From assembly GCA_964016885.1 (NCBI GenBank), contig OZ024741.1, positions 13,144,001-13,208,000 on the forward strand: DNA of 64,000 nt, read 5' to 3'. Shown in pieces: positions 51,001 to 64,000 of this stretch. A model generated the notes under the pieces. That model was not told where the DNA came from. It worked only from the letters and a program-made list of their open reading frames with translations, and searched no databases. Numbering within the stretch: the stretch's first letter is position 1; each line of letters starts with the position of its first letter. The stretch comes from Eledone cirrhosa. Lineage: Eukaryota. Both the position numbers and the translations under genes were made by a program.

Positions 51001-52658
51001 ACTAAATTGTTGACTCGGTACCTGTAAGCCTTACGTGCCGGAAATGACATGTTCAGCTTCCAGTAACCCGGTCCTAACCTACGCGTTTTATTTAGGTCGA
51101 CCGTACAGATCACAAATTTGTGATCTGAATAGGCGACCGTTTTAAAAAGTGGACAGCCCACACTATTTCTATCTATTTTCCTAATGAAGATCCTGTCTAT
51201 ATACGATCTAGATGACTCCATTCGGTTGGTCCATGTCCATACTGGCACATTGGAGAAATCTAGTCGATACCTGTCAGACAGTTGGAACTGGCTGAGTAGG
51301 TGCTTTAGGCTTTTGCACCCCCCGATCCTATCGGCTACCCCCACACAATCCCAGCGTGCGTCTAAGATGCCATTCCAGTCCCCCGCTAACAGTAAAGGGC
51401 GAGACGTACCCAGAAAGGTCTCCAACGCCTAAAGAAGTCAGGTCGTCCGGCCCCTGTAGGGGCGTAGACGGCCAGCAGTCTAAAGGCACCACCTTCGCTA
51501 CTGCTCACATCCAAGACCACCAACTTACCGTCCGGGTCCCGGAAGATCGACCTTACCTCGAGATCCAGTCCTTTCCTAAACAGCACTTCCACCCCACCCC
51601 CCATTCCCGGCCTGCTAACAGATGCGAAGATCTGATAGTCGTCGAAAATGGGGGCTAGTGCGCGCGTGTCGGAAATTCTGGTCGCGCTTACGGCAATCAC
51701 ATCCATTTCCAGCGACCGGAGGTCGTTGAGCGGGCGACCCTGCTTCCAGGGTGACCCCAGGCCGCGAACATTTAAACTTCCTACTCTTAATATGGTCATA
51801 TTGGTAAGCTAAGAGAGAGAGACGGAAGGTTTACTTACCTCCCGGGTCTTGTGAAGGTCGGGTGATTCGACCTCCATGGTTGGTGGGGTTTCTTTTGGGA
51901 ACCCCTTTAAAAGTCTTGATATGGGTTTCACATTCGGGGTTTCCACGTCTTGAGGAAAGCTCTCTCGAATTTCTTTGAAGGAATTGAGTGACATTCGGAC
52001 CAGAAGCAAATCTTCTGGCACGCAAAATGTGCTCATTTCAAAAATCTCCCCCTCTGTTTGAATGTCCTCGCTTCGCGCTAAGAGGGCCATCAGTTTATCG
52101 TTGGCCCTTCTGACAAGCACGAAGTTTTTAACATTTTGTTGGTGTGGTTTTATTTGTTTTCGTTTTGGTGAAGGTGGTGGCGATGGTTTTGGTGGTGTTG
52201 TTTCGGGTATGTCTATGTTTGTTGTAGGTGTGGTGTCTGCAATTTCAGGTATTTGTGTGTTTATTTGTACTTGTGTTTGTTTAGGTTGTTTGCGTTTCGG
52301 GGATTGTGGAGGTGGTGTCGATGTTGCTGTTGGTGATGATGTTACTGGGGAAGTGTTTGCGTTAGTGGTGTCTGTATTTTTTGTTGTGTGTGTTTTTGTG
52401 TTTTGTTGGGGCTTTTTTTTTTTGAGTTTTCTCTGTTTTTTTTTGCACTTTTGGGTTTTCCTTCATCTTCGCTGCTTGAAGACAAAGGGTCTGTGTCTGT
52501 GAGTATCTCTGTGTCTGTGTGTGCGTTTATTGTTTTGTCTATGTGTATAATTGGGGGGGGGGGGAGAGCTTTCCTCGTTTTCTCCTTGGATTGGTTTTGG
52601 TGTTGGTGGTGATCCGGCTGCTTTTGATGTTGGTGTCCGTGTCTTTGTTGATGTTGTT

Positions 52659-52660
<2 letters not shown>
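48098..52660 (-). mobile_element. Tx1-clade LINE copy 4, truncated within ORF1, head-to-tail with copy 3 in (ATT)n
   Basis: ORF2 51799-48377 (SLNVRGL, GDWN, YSDH, SAYADDI, CPRC) with frameshifts; (AAT)n at 48032-48097 and 52661-52726. Confidence 0.95.
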
Positions 52661-52726
<66 letters not shown>

Positions 52727-52728
<2 letters not shown>

Positions 52729-53555
52729 AAAATCCCTTCATAGTACCTTCTTTGAGAAAACTGAATTCAGAGATCCACAGACATGGAACTGGTTGAAAAG
52801 AGGAGACCTTAAAAAGGCTACAGAAGGAATGCTAATGGCTGCGCAAGAGCAGGCCCTCAAAACGAAGTGGTTCAAACACCATATTTACAAGGTGGAGGCT
52901 AGCCCACTGTGCAGGATCTGTGGAGAGAGAGAGGAGACTGTGACTCACATTGTATCCGAGTGTAAACACCTAGCCCAGACTCACTATAAAGGCTGGAGAC
53001 ATGATGTGATGGGCAGGGTGATCCACTGGCACCTATGCAAAGTAAACAATTTACCACATTCTGAGAAGTGGTATGAGCATAAGTCAGAGTCGGTGATAGA
53101 AAACGATCAGGTGAAGGTGCTGTGGGATTTTAGGATACAGACGGACAAGAAACTGGAACACAATAGACCTGACCAGGTGGTTTGGGACAAGGAAAAAGAT
53201 TGTGCCTGATTGTGAATGTGGCCCGCCCATTCGACACGAGAGTGCAAGAGAAGGAGAGGGAGAAAATTAACCGATACCAGGACTTAAAGTGGGAGGTAAA
53301 AAGGATTTGGAACTGCCATGAAGTCAAAGTGGTCCCGATTGTCATAGGCGCATTAGGTACTATCTCAAAAAGTTTCCAGGGATGGTTAAAGAAAATTGGT
53401 CCCGCCACGTGTTTTGGAACGCTTCAAAAGCATGCTTGCTGGGAACAGCAAGAATCCTCCGATACGTCCTGAATATGAGGCTGCAGGTAGTGGCTTGATA
53501 TTCATTTCAACAAACTTTCCAGTTAACTAACATCAATGACTGAAACTCAAAGAAC
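52727..53555 (+). mobile_element. R4/Dong-clade non-LTR retrotransposon 3' fragment (CCHC + restriction-like endonuclease)
   Basis: TEGMLMAAQEQAL, CRICGEREETVTHIVSEC, RHD, LWDFRIQTDKKLEHNRPD, EKINRY, VPIVIGALG; (AAT)n on both sides. Confidence 0.92.
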
Positions 53556-53894
53556 AATAATAATAATAATAACAGCAATAACAACGAGAACAACAACATC
53601 AGCTAAACAACAATAAACAGAAGGAAAAATTCTATAGAAATTGTAAAGTTGTTATTTATGGTGGTCTTTTAAAAAGACGAGCTTCAATTATGTGAAATGA
53701 CAGTTTTGGAATTATCTGAGAAGTATCGGATGGAAACCATCTTGCAACGAAATGGAGGATCTTAGGTTTATATAGAAATATTCTTATAGTCAAGTTGTTG
53801 GTATTTGTTTTATTGGTGTGTTAGTTTGGTTTGTTCGTATTGAAAGTTATATGGTAATGAGTCGAGTAATTTGACATGGAGATATTATTATTAT

Positions 53895-54440
53895 TGGTGA
53901 TGGTAGTGGTGGTGGTGGTGTGGTGGTGGTAGTGGTTGTGGTGGTGATAGTGGTGGTGGTGGTAGTGGGATGGGGGGGTAGTGGGATGGGGGGGTAGTGG
54001 TTGTGGTAGTGGTGGTGTTGGTAGTGGCGGTAGTGGTGGTGGTAGTGGTGGTGGTGGTGGTGGTGGTGGTGGTGGTGGTGGTGGTAGTGGTGGTGGTAGT
54101 GGTGGTGGTGGTGGTGATGGTGGTGGTGGTGGTAGTGGTGGTGGTAGTGGTGGTGGTAGTGGTGGTGGTAGTGATGGTGGTGGTGGTGGTGGTGTTGGTG
54201 GTGGTGGTGGTGGTGGTGGTAGTGGTGGTGGTAGTGGTGGTGGTAGTGGTGGTGTTAGTAATGGTCGTGTTGGTGGTGGTAGTGGTGGTGGTGGTGGTGG
54301 TGGTGGTGGTAGTGCTGGTGGTGGTAGTGGTGGTGGTGATGGTGGTGGTGGTAGTGGTGGTTTTGGTGGTGGTGGTGTTGGTGGTGTTGGTGGTGTTGGT
54401 GGTGGTGTTGGTGGTGTTGGTGGTGTTGGTGGTGGTGGTG
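53895..54440. repeat. Degenerate (GGT)n tract
   Basis: Seen directly. Confidence 0.96.
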
Positions 54441-54753
54441 AAAGATACGGTACACTTCTGACTGATAAATGAGATAAGACAGGCTGATGGTATGTGTATA
54501 TGTACGTATGTGTGTACATTTCCTCAAAATAGCTAACTCAACGCACACAAGCTTTCTCTCTCTCTCGAAAAAAAGAATCCGTTTCTTCGTCTACTCACTC
54601 TCATCTTTATTCTCCCCATTCTATCTTGTGAAGAAGGAATAGCGCCCGAAAAGGTACGAGACTATCAAGCGCTAAACAAATGTATATCTTCATTTTACTG
54701 TATCATTTTGTTGTGTTGTCTATCCGTTTACTTTTCGCATACATATATATGCA

Positions 54754-54887
<134 letters not shown>

Positions 54888-55038
54888 AAGAGAAAGAGAG
54901 ATGTAAGGTCAACTTCAAAGTTGACCAGCATACAATTTTAGCCACGTCGAGAAAAATAGATACTGTCGTTAAACCACGTGTTTTTTTCTATCTACAAGAA
55001 AATGAAATTAACATGACAGGTTTTATTGATCTTTTCAT

Positions 55039-55895
55039 GCTTCATCAGTAATCGGCCGCTCATCTTCCTGAACCGAACGAGAAAGGCAGCTCATAGCTTC
55101 ATCGGTGATCAGTCGCTCATCTTCTTGAACCGAAGGAGAAAGGCAGCTCATAGCTTCATCAATGATCGGCCACTCATCTTCCTGAACCGAAGGAAAAAGG
55201 TAGCTCATAGTTCATCAGTGATCGGCCGCTCATCTTCCTGAACCGAAGGAGAAAGGCAGCTCATAGCTTCATCAATGATCGGCCGCTCATCTTCCTGAAC
55301 CGAAGGAGAAAAGCAGCTCATAGCTTCATCAGTGATCGGCCGCTCATCTTCCTGAACCGAAGGACAAAGGTAGCTCATAGCTACATCAGTGATCGGCCAC
55401 TCATCTTCCTGAACCGAAGGAAAAAGGTAGCTCATAGTTCATCAGTGATTGGCCACTCATCTTCCTGAACCGAAGGAGAAAGGCAGCTCATAGCTTCATC
55501 AATGATCGGCCGCTCATCTTCCTGAACCGAAGGAGAAAGGCAGCTCATAGCTTCATCAATGATCGGCCACTCATCTTCCTGAACCGAAAGAGAAAGGCAG
55601 CTCATAGCTTCATCAATGATGGGCCACTCATCTTCCTGAACCGAAGGAGAAAGGTAGCTCATAGCTTCATCAGTGATCCGCCGCTCATCTTCCTGAACCG
55701 AAGGAGAAAGGTAGCTCATAGCTTCATCAGTGATCATCCGCTCATCATCCTGAACCGAAAGAGAAAGGCAGCTCATAGCTTCATCAATGATGGGCCACTC
55801 ATCTTCCTGAACCGAAGGAGAAAGGCAGCTCATAGCTTCATCAGTGATCATCCGCTCATCTTCCTGAACCGAAGGAGAAAGGTAGCACATAGCTA
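55039..55895. repeat. 57-bp minisatellite, ~15 copies
   Basis: Unit GATCGGCCGCTCATCTTCCTGAACCGAAGGAGAAAGGCAGCTCATAGCTTCATCART; 19-aa periodicity in ORF 55432-55929. Confidence 0.96.
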
Positions 55896-56069
55896 TATGT
55901 AGAATACATATGGAGATAGACACCGTCAAATATTTCTAAGTCCTATTGAAATGCCATGATGGAAACACAGTAGCACTCCAACGACTGACTGCAACAGCTG
56001 CGACAACATTATTGATTGAGAATACATGGGATATGACTAAATTAGTCTGCCCTAATTTGCATAATATAA

Positions 56070-56230
56070 TGGCACGCAGCAACGTGGTGATGTGTTGTAT
56101 TCTTGAGCAAAACACTTCACTTCACGTTCCTCCAGGCCACTCAAATGAAAATGAAATGAATAATAGCTGGAAGTTATGAGCTGACGACCTATCTAGATGT
56201 GGGGCTCGTGCACTCTCAGTTGCTTAATAA
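56070..56230 (+). mobile_element. Degenerate SINE fragment related to the first family
   Basis: GTTGTATTCTTGAGCAAAACACTTCACTTCACGTT...CCACTCA. Confidence 0.5.
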
Positions 56231-56399
56231 GTTGCCAATAAAATTGGAATATGCACCGGTCGGGTGAGCATCTGGGCTACGACAGACTATTTTTAAAATA
56301 TACATGATAGTCTAAGCAATGGGAATGAATTAATAACTAAACTCATGACACGACATTGTTCCACGTGTAAAAATATAAGGGAAACCTACAGTGAGTGTT

Positions 56400-57510
56400 T
56401 TTCGTAAACATATTTAAAGTCTCTATATAACAGTAGGTGTTGTGGCTAAAGCACGGGTACATTTAACAAAGCAACCACCTCTACACGATGCCCTGAAAGT
56501 AAGCGGTTGTAAGGAGAAAATATGTTACAACCATAGAGTGACACAACTAAAGAGAAATAGAAGCCGAAATATTATCGGTCCACGTCATACCTTCTAGTTG
56601 AATGTTAAAACCAATATTGGCAGTTCATAGCACTAATAAACACCTCCATACGAACCATTTGTCTGGCCTCTTAAGAGGCATAATCTTAAAATTTGTTTTA
56701 GTTCCATGCCCAGCTTCAAAAATATAGAAGTCAACAAACCACATAATTTAGCCAGGGGCAGTTATAGGTACAGAGATACATGCCCACAAGTTGGGACCTG
56801 TGACACAAGGGCTATAATCTAGGAAGCAACAACCAAGGAAGCAAACCTAACCTCAAGCGATATGTCGGATCCTCAGACCGCTATGATAACCATACTGTGT
56901 CGTTCTGTTGCTGGGAATAAAGGAACAAAATAAAACTCTCCAATTATGCCTGGAAAGTGAAAAAGGACACTGTGGAGTACAACATCAGCTGGAAGATGGC
57001 AGAAAGATGTAAACCATATATGAACGAAAATATGGAAATATGGACTCTGTAGCGGTCAGAGGTGGCTAATATTAAATAACTTATTAGATCCTAACATCTG
57101 CTTTAATGCCAGAAGTAAACAACAGAAACCTTGCCTGCTCAACACAAAATTTGTCACGTCTGGCCACTTGGAATGCCCCACCCTCACTCACCACATAGTT
57201 GTTATAACACCAGTGTCTGATAGGCAAACAAGAAAATTGACTGACTAAATATCGACTGAACATTTCCCTTCGTACCCAAAGTACTATATCAGACAAAAAG
57301 CAGATACATTTGATAAAATCTTAATTCTCTCCTTACCAAGGGTTGCTTCCCTTAGATTAAAAAGAAAAGAGATCCATCAACGGAAGTAAAAAAAGAAATA
57401 TACCCTGGAAGCATATATATTTTTTTTTTTTCATAAAGGCTGAAGATTGATGGTGCACGTGAAATAAATCTGCAGGCGTTAATCGAATGCCATCTGACTA
57501 CATTTATTTA
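56400..57510 (+). mobile_element. Highly decayed Naiad-type PLE 3' fragment
   Basis: Interrupted translation LNVKTNIG, HNLKICFSSMPSFKNI, YVGSS..RYDNH, LSNYAWKVK, YNISWKMAERCKPY; CTGAAGA motif at ~57440. Confidence 0.6.
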
Positions 57511-57511
57511 G

Positions 57512-57584
<73 letters not shown>

Positions 57585-58034
57585 CGAAGGAATTGTGGTA
57601 AGGAACCAGATGGACCATAACGCACCAAAGTACTCAATACTTAGGGTAGTAGAGTGGGTAATAGAAACAAGTATATGTGTATATATATATATATATACAT
57701 ACATATATATATACATATATATATATACATATATATATATATACACATATGTATATATATAGATATAGATATATACATATATGTACACATATGTACATAC
57801 ACACACACACATATATATATATATATACACATATACATATTCTCATAGAGCGGGGGAGGATAGAGTATGAGAGCTGAGAGAGAGAGACAGACAAGTAGAT
57901 AGAGAGGGGGAGAGGCAGGGGGAGTGGTCCTGAAGAAGAAACACTATTATTGAAAACTGAGAAAATTTGATTGTTTACAAATTTGCAAAAACAATTCACA
58001 TGATTCATTTGTAATGTCTCATTCGTCTGGAAGT

Positions 58035-59185
58035 ACACACACACACAGACACACACACACACAGACACACACACACAGAGACACACACACAGACACACAC
58101 ACACACACACACACACAGACACACAGTCAGACACACACACACACAGACACACACACACACAGACACACACACAGACACACACAGACACACACACAGTCAG
58201 ACACACACACACACAGACACACACACACACACACACAGACACACACACAGACACACACACAGTCAGACACACACACACACACACAGACACACACACACAC
58301 AGACACACACACACACACACACACAGACACACACACAGTCAGACACACACACACACACAGACACACACACACACACAGACACACACACAGACACACACAG
58401 ACACACACACAGTCAGACACACACACACACACACACAGACACACACACACACACACACACACAGACACACACACAGACACACACACAGTCAGACACACAC
58501 ACACACAGACACACACACACACACAGACACACACACAGACACACACACAGACACACACAGACACACAGACAGTCAGACACACACACACACACAGACACAC
58601 ACACAGACACACACAGACACACACACACACACAGACACACACACAGACACACACAGACACACACACAGTCAGACACACACACACACAGACACACACAGAC
58701 ACACAGATACACACAGACACACACAGACACACACACACAGACACACAGACACACACACAGACACCCACAGATACACAGACACACACAGACACACACAGAC
58801 ACACACACAGTCAGACACACATACAGACACACACACACAGACACACACACACACACACACACACAGACACACATACAGACACACACACAGACACACACAC
58901 AGTCAGACACACAGACACACACACAGTCAGACACACACACATACAGACACACATACAGTCAGACACACACATACAGACACACACACAGACACACACACAC
59001 ACACAGACACACACACACACAGACACACACACAGACAGACACACAGACAGACACACAGACAGACACACACACACACACACAGACACACATACAGACACAC
59101 ACACAGTCAGACACACACACACACACACAGACACACACACAGACACACACAGACACACACACACAGACACACCCACACAGACACA
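58035..59185. repeat. Compound (CA)n/(CAGA) tract with recurring CAGTCAGA punctuation
   Basis: Seen directly. Confidence 0.95.
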
Positions 59186-59279
59186 TATATATATGTATAT
59201 ATATACATATATACATGCATATATATATATATATATATATGTATCCATGCATATATATGTGTATATATATACATATACA

Positions 59280-59370
<91 letters not shown>

Positions 59371-59372
<2 letters not shown>

Positions 59373-59547
59373 CGAAGGAAATGTGGTAAGGAACCAGGTG
59401 GACCATAACGCACCAAAGTACTCAATACTTGAGGTAGTAGAGTGGGTAATAGGAACCAGTAAGACCCCGACAGCTGGGCTCAAGCCATTTCGACAGAATT
59501 AGCCGTCGAAACGGCTTGAGCTCAGCTGTCGGGGTCTTACTGGTTCC

Positions 59548-59550
<3 letters not shown>
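59371..59550. repeat. Short dispersed repeat (partial copy at 57583-57665) ending in a palindrome with 46-bp arms
   Basis: AACGAAGGAAWTGTGGTAAGGAACCAG occurs twice; arms 59449-59494 / 59505-59550. Confidence 0.85.
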
Positions 59551-59587
<37 letters not shown>

Positions 59588-59643
59588 GTTTTAATATAGA
59601 TGAGATTCTACAGGACTAGAACTGTTTCATATATATATATATA

Positions 59644-59692
<49 letters not shown>

Positions 59693-59723
59693 GTATATAT
59701 GTATATATATATATATGTATATA

Positions 59724-59778
<55 letters not shown>

Positions 59779-59844
59779 GTATATGTGTATACATATATAC
59801 ATATGTATACGTATATATATATACATATGTATACGTATATATAC

Positions 59845-60000
<156 letters not shown>

Positions 60001-60349
60001 ATGTATCGTTTGAGAAACAGTATTTTCTAAGCACAAAATATTCAGGAAAAAGTATGATTCCCAGGTTGACGCAGAAGATTGACTGATATTAAACACACAC
60101 TCACACACATATATATTTATATATATACACTCACACATACATACACACACATATATATATATATACACTCACACATACACATACACACACATAAACACAC
60201 ATACACACACACATATATATATACACCCATACACACATGTATATATATATATAAATGGCTTACTGAATACCCACGTGCGCTTTTTCCTGATTTTTTAAGT
60301 TCCTTTTCTCATTCTTTACCTTTCTATTTCATCTGTTATTTCTCATTCT

Positions 60350-60388
60350 ATATTCTGATGAAGGACTAACGTCCGAAACATTAAGATA
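60350..60388 (+). ncRNA. Minimal hammerhead motif in a PLE terminal-repeat remnant
   Basis: CTGATGA-A-GGAC-TAAC-GTCC-GAAA-CATTAAGA; core and stem II intact, stems I and III degenerate. Confidence 0.6.
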
Positions 60389-60480
60389 CTTTTCCTATTG
60401 TTTCAAATGTTAAACTAATATATTTCTTCTTTTCAGTGTGTCGTTTACTTTGTTATTTCTCTTTACATACATACATACAT

Positions 60481-61091
60481 GGTGGTGGCTGCCAACTCGT
60501 TTTCGAGTACGGCCACTACTTTATATCCATGTAGGAGAACCCCTACCGATGCGCTGAACGAGTGTGACATTTTAGTCCAGCCAGTGACTTGAAAACTCTG
60601 GTACAAACACTACACTTGTGACAATTATTGACACATAGTGCTGCGCCCATGGTACCATGTGACGACAATTGCAGAGAGATCTCCAGATATAAAGCAATGC
60701 CTGTGCCGTGAAGCTTTTATAGTGATCAAAGGCACTGCACAAAGCCAGTCCCACTCTCTTAACCAAGATGATATTTACAAAAAAGAAGAACAAGTCAACA
60801 TCATTGGATACCATCAGAGTTGCAGGTGTTATATCAGAGTTTTCCTTCTCCTAGAATTCTGCCTTGACAAAGGATAAGGGGTCATCTCTCCCGGTGATTT
60901 TGGATGGCCATTGACTCTTAACAGCTCCTTTGCCTTTTGACAGGTTATGTTTTTAGTCCTGCAGGATGTCCAAAGTCACTCTCCTCACCAAGAAACCTTG
61001 GTGGGATTGCCAGTTTAGTCGCCAACGACCCGACCATTGGACAGGTTGTACTGGGATACATGTTACCAGTAGCACCAACTGCTGACCTGAC
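60481..61091 (-). mobile_element. ~600-bp non-autonomous RTE-related element, copy 2
   Basis: Colinear end to end with 25512-26111; flanked by (CATA)n. Confidence 0.8.
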
Positions 61092-61264
61092 ATATGTATG
61101 TATATATGTATGTATACATACATACATATATACATACATACATACATATATATGCATATATACATATATACTTACATACATACATATATACATACATACA
61201 TATATATATATATGCATACATATATACATACACACATACACACATACATACATACATACATACA

Positions 61265-61298
<34 letters not shown>

Positions 61299-61742
61299 CA
61301 TTCATACATATATATTCATACATATATACATACATACACACATACATATATACATACACACACACACATACATACATAGACCAAAAGATAACTTTCACGT
61401 CTTACCATTAATACCCTTTTGATGAAGTTCTTCAGATAATTCTAATGTCTAGAAGACAATCATCTTTAAGTCTGAAACACAGAAAAAATATCCAAGGTAC
61501 AGAAATAATTGTCAGGAGATTTTTGAAAATTCCATTGTCATTGTTCATATATATACATATATATATATATATACATATATATATAACACCATTAATATAT
61601 ATATAACACCATTTGCCTCCATCATGGAATCATGGATCAACTAAGCACTCTTGCTATATTAACACATTTTGATCTCCTTAACTTTAAGAACTATGCCTAT
61701 TTTTTTCTTTCACAGACTTTTTATGCTCTACATTACGCTCGA

Positions 61743-62115
61743 TTTTTTATTTTTTATTTTATTTTTTATTTTTTATTTTTTATTTTTTATTTTTTATTTA
61801 TTTTTTATTTTTTATTTTTTATTTTTTATTTTTTATTTTTTATTTTTTATTTTTTATTTTTTATTTTTTATTTTTTATTTTTTATTTTTTATTTTTTATT
61901 TTTTATTTTTTATTTTTTATTTTTTATTTTTTATTTTTTATTTTTTATTTTTTATTTTTTATTTTTTATTTTTTATTTTTTATTTTTTATTTTTTATTTT
62001 TTATTTTTTATTTTTTATTTTTTATTTTTTATTTTTTATTTTTTTTTTATTTTTTTTTTTTATTTTTTTTTTTTTTTTTTTCACTTTTCATTTTTTTTTT
62101 TTTTTTTTTTTTTTT
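61743..62115. repeat. (TTTTTTA)n heptamer tract and poly-T
   Basis: Seen directly. Confidence 0.96.
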
Positions 62116-62439
62116 TCACTTCATAAACCTTGTAAATAACATTATTCTTTCTGCACCTTCTCTTTAACATGTGCGACACCACCATTCTACACTAATACAT
62201 ATCACTATCATTTGATAATGCATAAAAATACTGAAACCGGTAATAGACAATTATTAAATATATAAATAGATAAATAAATGTCATTGTTAATTAATAAATA
62301 AATCAACTAATAACTTAACACTTCACACAAAGTAAAACATTTAGTTTTAATCATTTTCTAACCCAGAAAAAAAGAGAGAAAGAAATAAAAAAGGAAAAAA
62401 AAATATTTTTCTTCCTAATAATCGTGTCTTTCTCCCTGT

Positions 62440-62535
<96 letters not shown>

Positions 62536-62562
62536 AATAATATTAATAACAATAATAATAAT

Positions 62563-64000
62563 GATTTCTTTATTGGCCACAAGGGCTGACATCAAGAAAA
62601 ACATTACAGACGGCACAGGACGGAACAGGACGGTACGATGTGGGTTTTGTGCGTGTAAAGATTTTTATTATTTATATAAGAAAAGAAAAAAAAGGACATA
62701 GAAACATATATATATATATAAACAATAAAAATGAAAATTGAAACAATGAAAAATTACCCAATAGGCGAAAACCACACAAAAGCCCACGGCCACCCTGACC
62801 ACCAGGGCAAGCGCCCTCTCTCAATTTTTCCATTTCTCAAGCTACAGACGTATATTCAGAGTGGTCCCGTTCACTCGGACCATTCTCGCTACATTCACCC
62901 ACCTTTCAACAAACTTGCTAGAGGGCAGCACTTGCCTCTCCACCCTGATTGTCCTCTTCAAGTGAAACTTGAAGAAGTTAATTAGGGATTCGCCGAAGAG
63001 GAAAGTGTCTGTCTTTAACCCTTTTAACCTTGTCCACCACACAATCTCTTTCGCCATGGCCACCAAGCAGATGAAAACCGCCTACCCTTCCTCCTCGAAG
63101 GAAGACGGCGAGACCATCTGCACAATGGATTCAGTCGACAACCGGATCAGTCCTACACGCGACAGAAACTGTTCGACATAGCTCCACAAGTCAGCAATGC
63201 TCGGGCACTGGACGAGTGCGTGCACGACGGTTTCGTCGCTCTGCGCGCATCTCGGACAGGCTCGGCTGACGGCACTTCCGTGCCTGTAGAGCTTATCACG
63301 AACCGGCAACACTCCCCGGTAGCACTGCCAGGCCAAGAATTTTTGGAAGTTATCCATCGGCCCTGGGCTGAAAGTTCTCCGGAAGAGAGCAAACAGCTGA
63401 TCTTCTTCGACGCCCAGGATCTCTCCGGAATGTCGTCGCACTTCCCCTCCACTAGTCCTCTATAGACGCCGGGGTGGATGTTCCACCGATACTGGTGCCC
63501 AGCTGGCAGAGGGCAGTGAGCGCCTGGAGACATTCCAGTTTCCAAGCGCTATCCCTCGGTCTTTTTCTGACCCAGGACTGCAGCTCCTTCAAGGAGACGA
63601 GCTGTGGGAAAACGTGCCTGGCGAACGGCGACCACACCTGTTCACTATCAAGGAAGCACCAGAGATGTCGCAGCCTCAGAGCATGTTTGCGCATCATCAG
63701 CCATGGCATGCTCAGTCCTCCACGCAACGGGTGTTGACAGCAGATGGATCGTCTGACCATGGGAGCGCGTCCCTTCCACAAAAAGCGGAAGAGGAGGCGC
63801 TCCATTTTGGTGAGAGTTGGGCTGGAGCAAGGGACGACGGTGAGGCGGTAGCAGATGACAGATGCGATGTACGCATTCACCACCTCCGCCCGGCCTTTCA
63901 GGGACAGCTTACTCTCGGCCCATTTCTGGATGAGGGAGGCCACCCTGCTCGTCACCTCGTTCCAGTTTTTCTCCATCTGGAGGTCCGGTCCGAATCAGAC
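62563..64000 (-). mobile_element. Tx1-clade LINE copy 5, 3' part (continues beyond the window)
   Basis: KLSLKGRAEVVNAYI, CPRCAQSDETVVHALVQC; ends GGCCAATAAAGAAATC followed by (ATT)n. Confidence 0.93.

Noticed and set aside
53821-54548. Extensin/formin-like poly-Pro, Gly-rich or poly-His proteins
   Set aside because: All frames are translations of a degenerate (GGT)n tract.

Overview
This is repeat-saturated eukaryotic DNA with no recognisable host protein-coding exon, rRNA, tRNA gene or CRISPR array. The SINE families and very high microsatellite load resemble an octopus/cephalopod genome; that assignment is inference. Contents: (1) an 8.2-kb array of ~250 33-bp monomers that expanded from inside a tRNA-derived SINE and carries a 3036-bp higher-order duplication; (2) five Tx1/L1-clade LINEs from divergent families plus one fragment, each without a poly(A) tail and embedded in (TATC)n, (TA)n or (ATT)n microsatellites; the three copies that retain the ORF1/ORF2 junction all have a perfect GGTAAGT donor-like motif 39-45 nt before the ORF2 ATG; (3) RTE, CR1/L2-group and Dong/R4 LINE fragments, plus two copies of a ~600-bp non-autonomous RTE derivative; (4) at least four Penelope-like element remnants with minimal type-I hammerhead ribozymes and fold-back ends, and a 57-bp minisatellite that appears to amplify the 5' half of a hammerhead; (5) many SINEs, small MITEs and simple repeats. 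Almost all long ORFs in the track are repeat artefacts or decayed retroelement frames. Boundaries were read by eye and are approximate.
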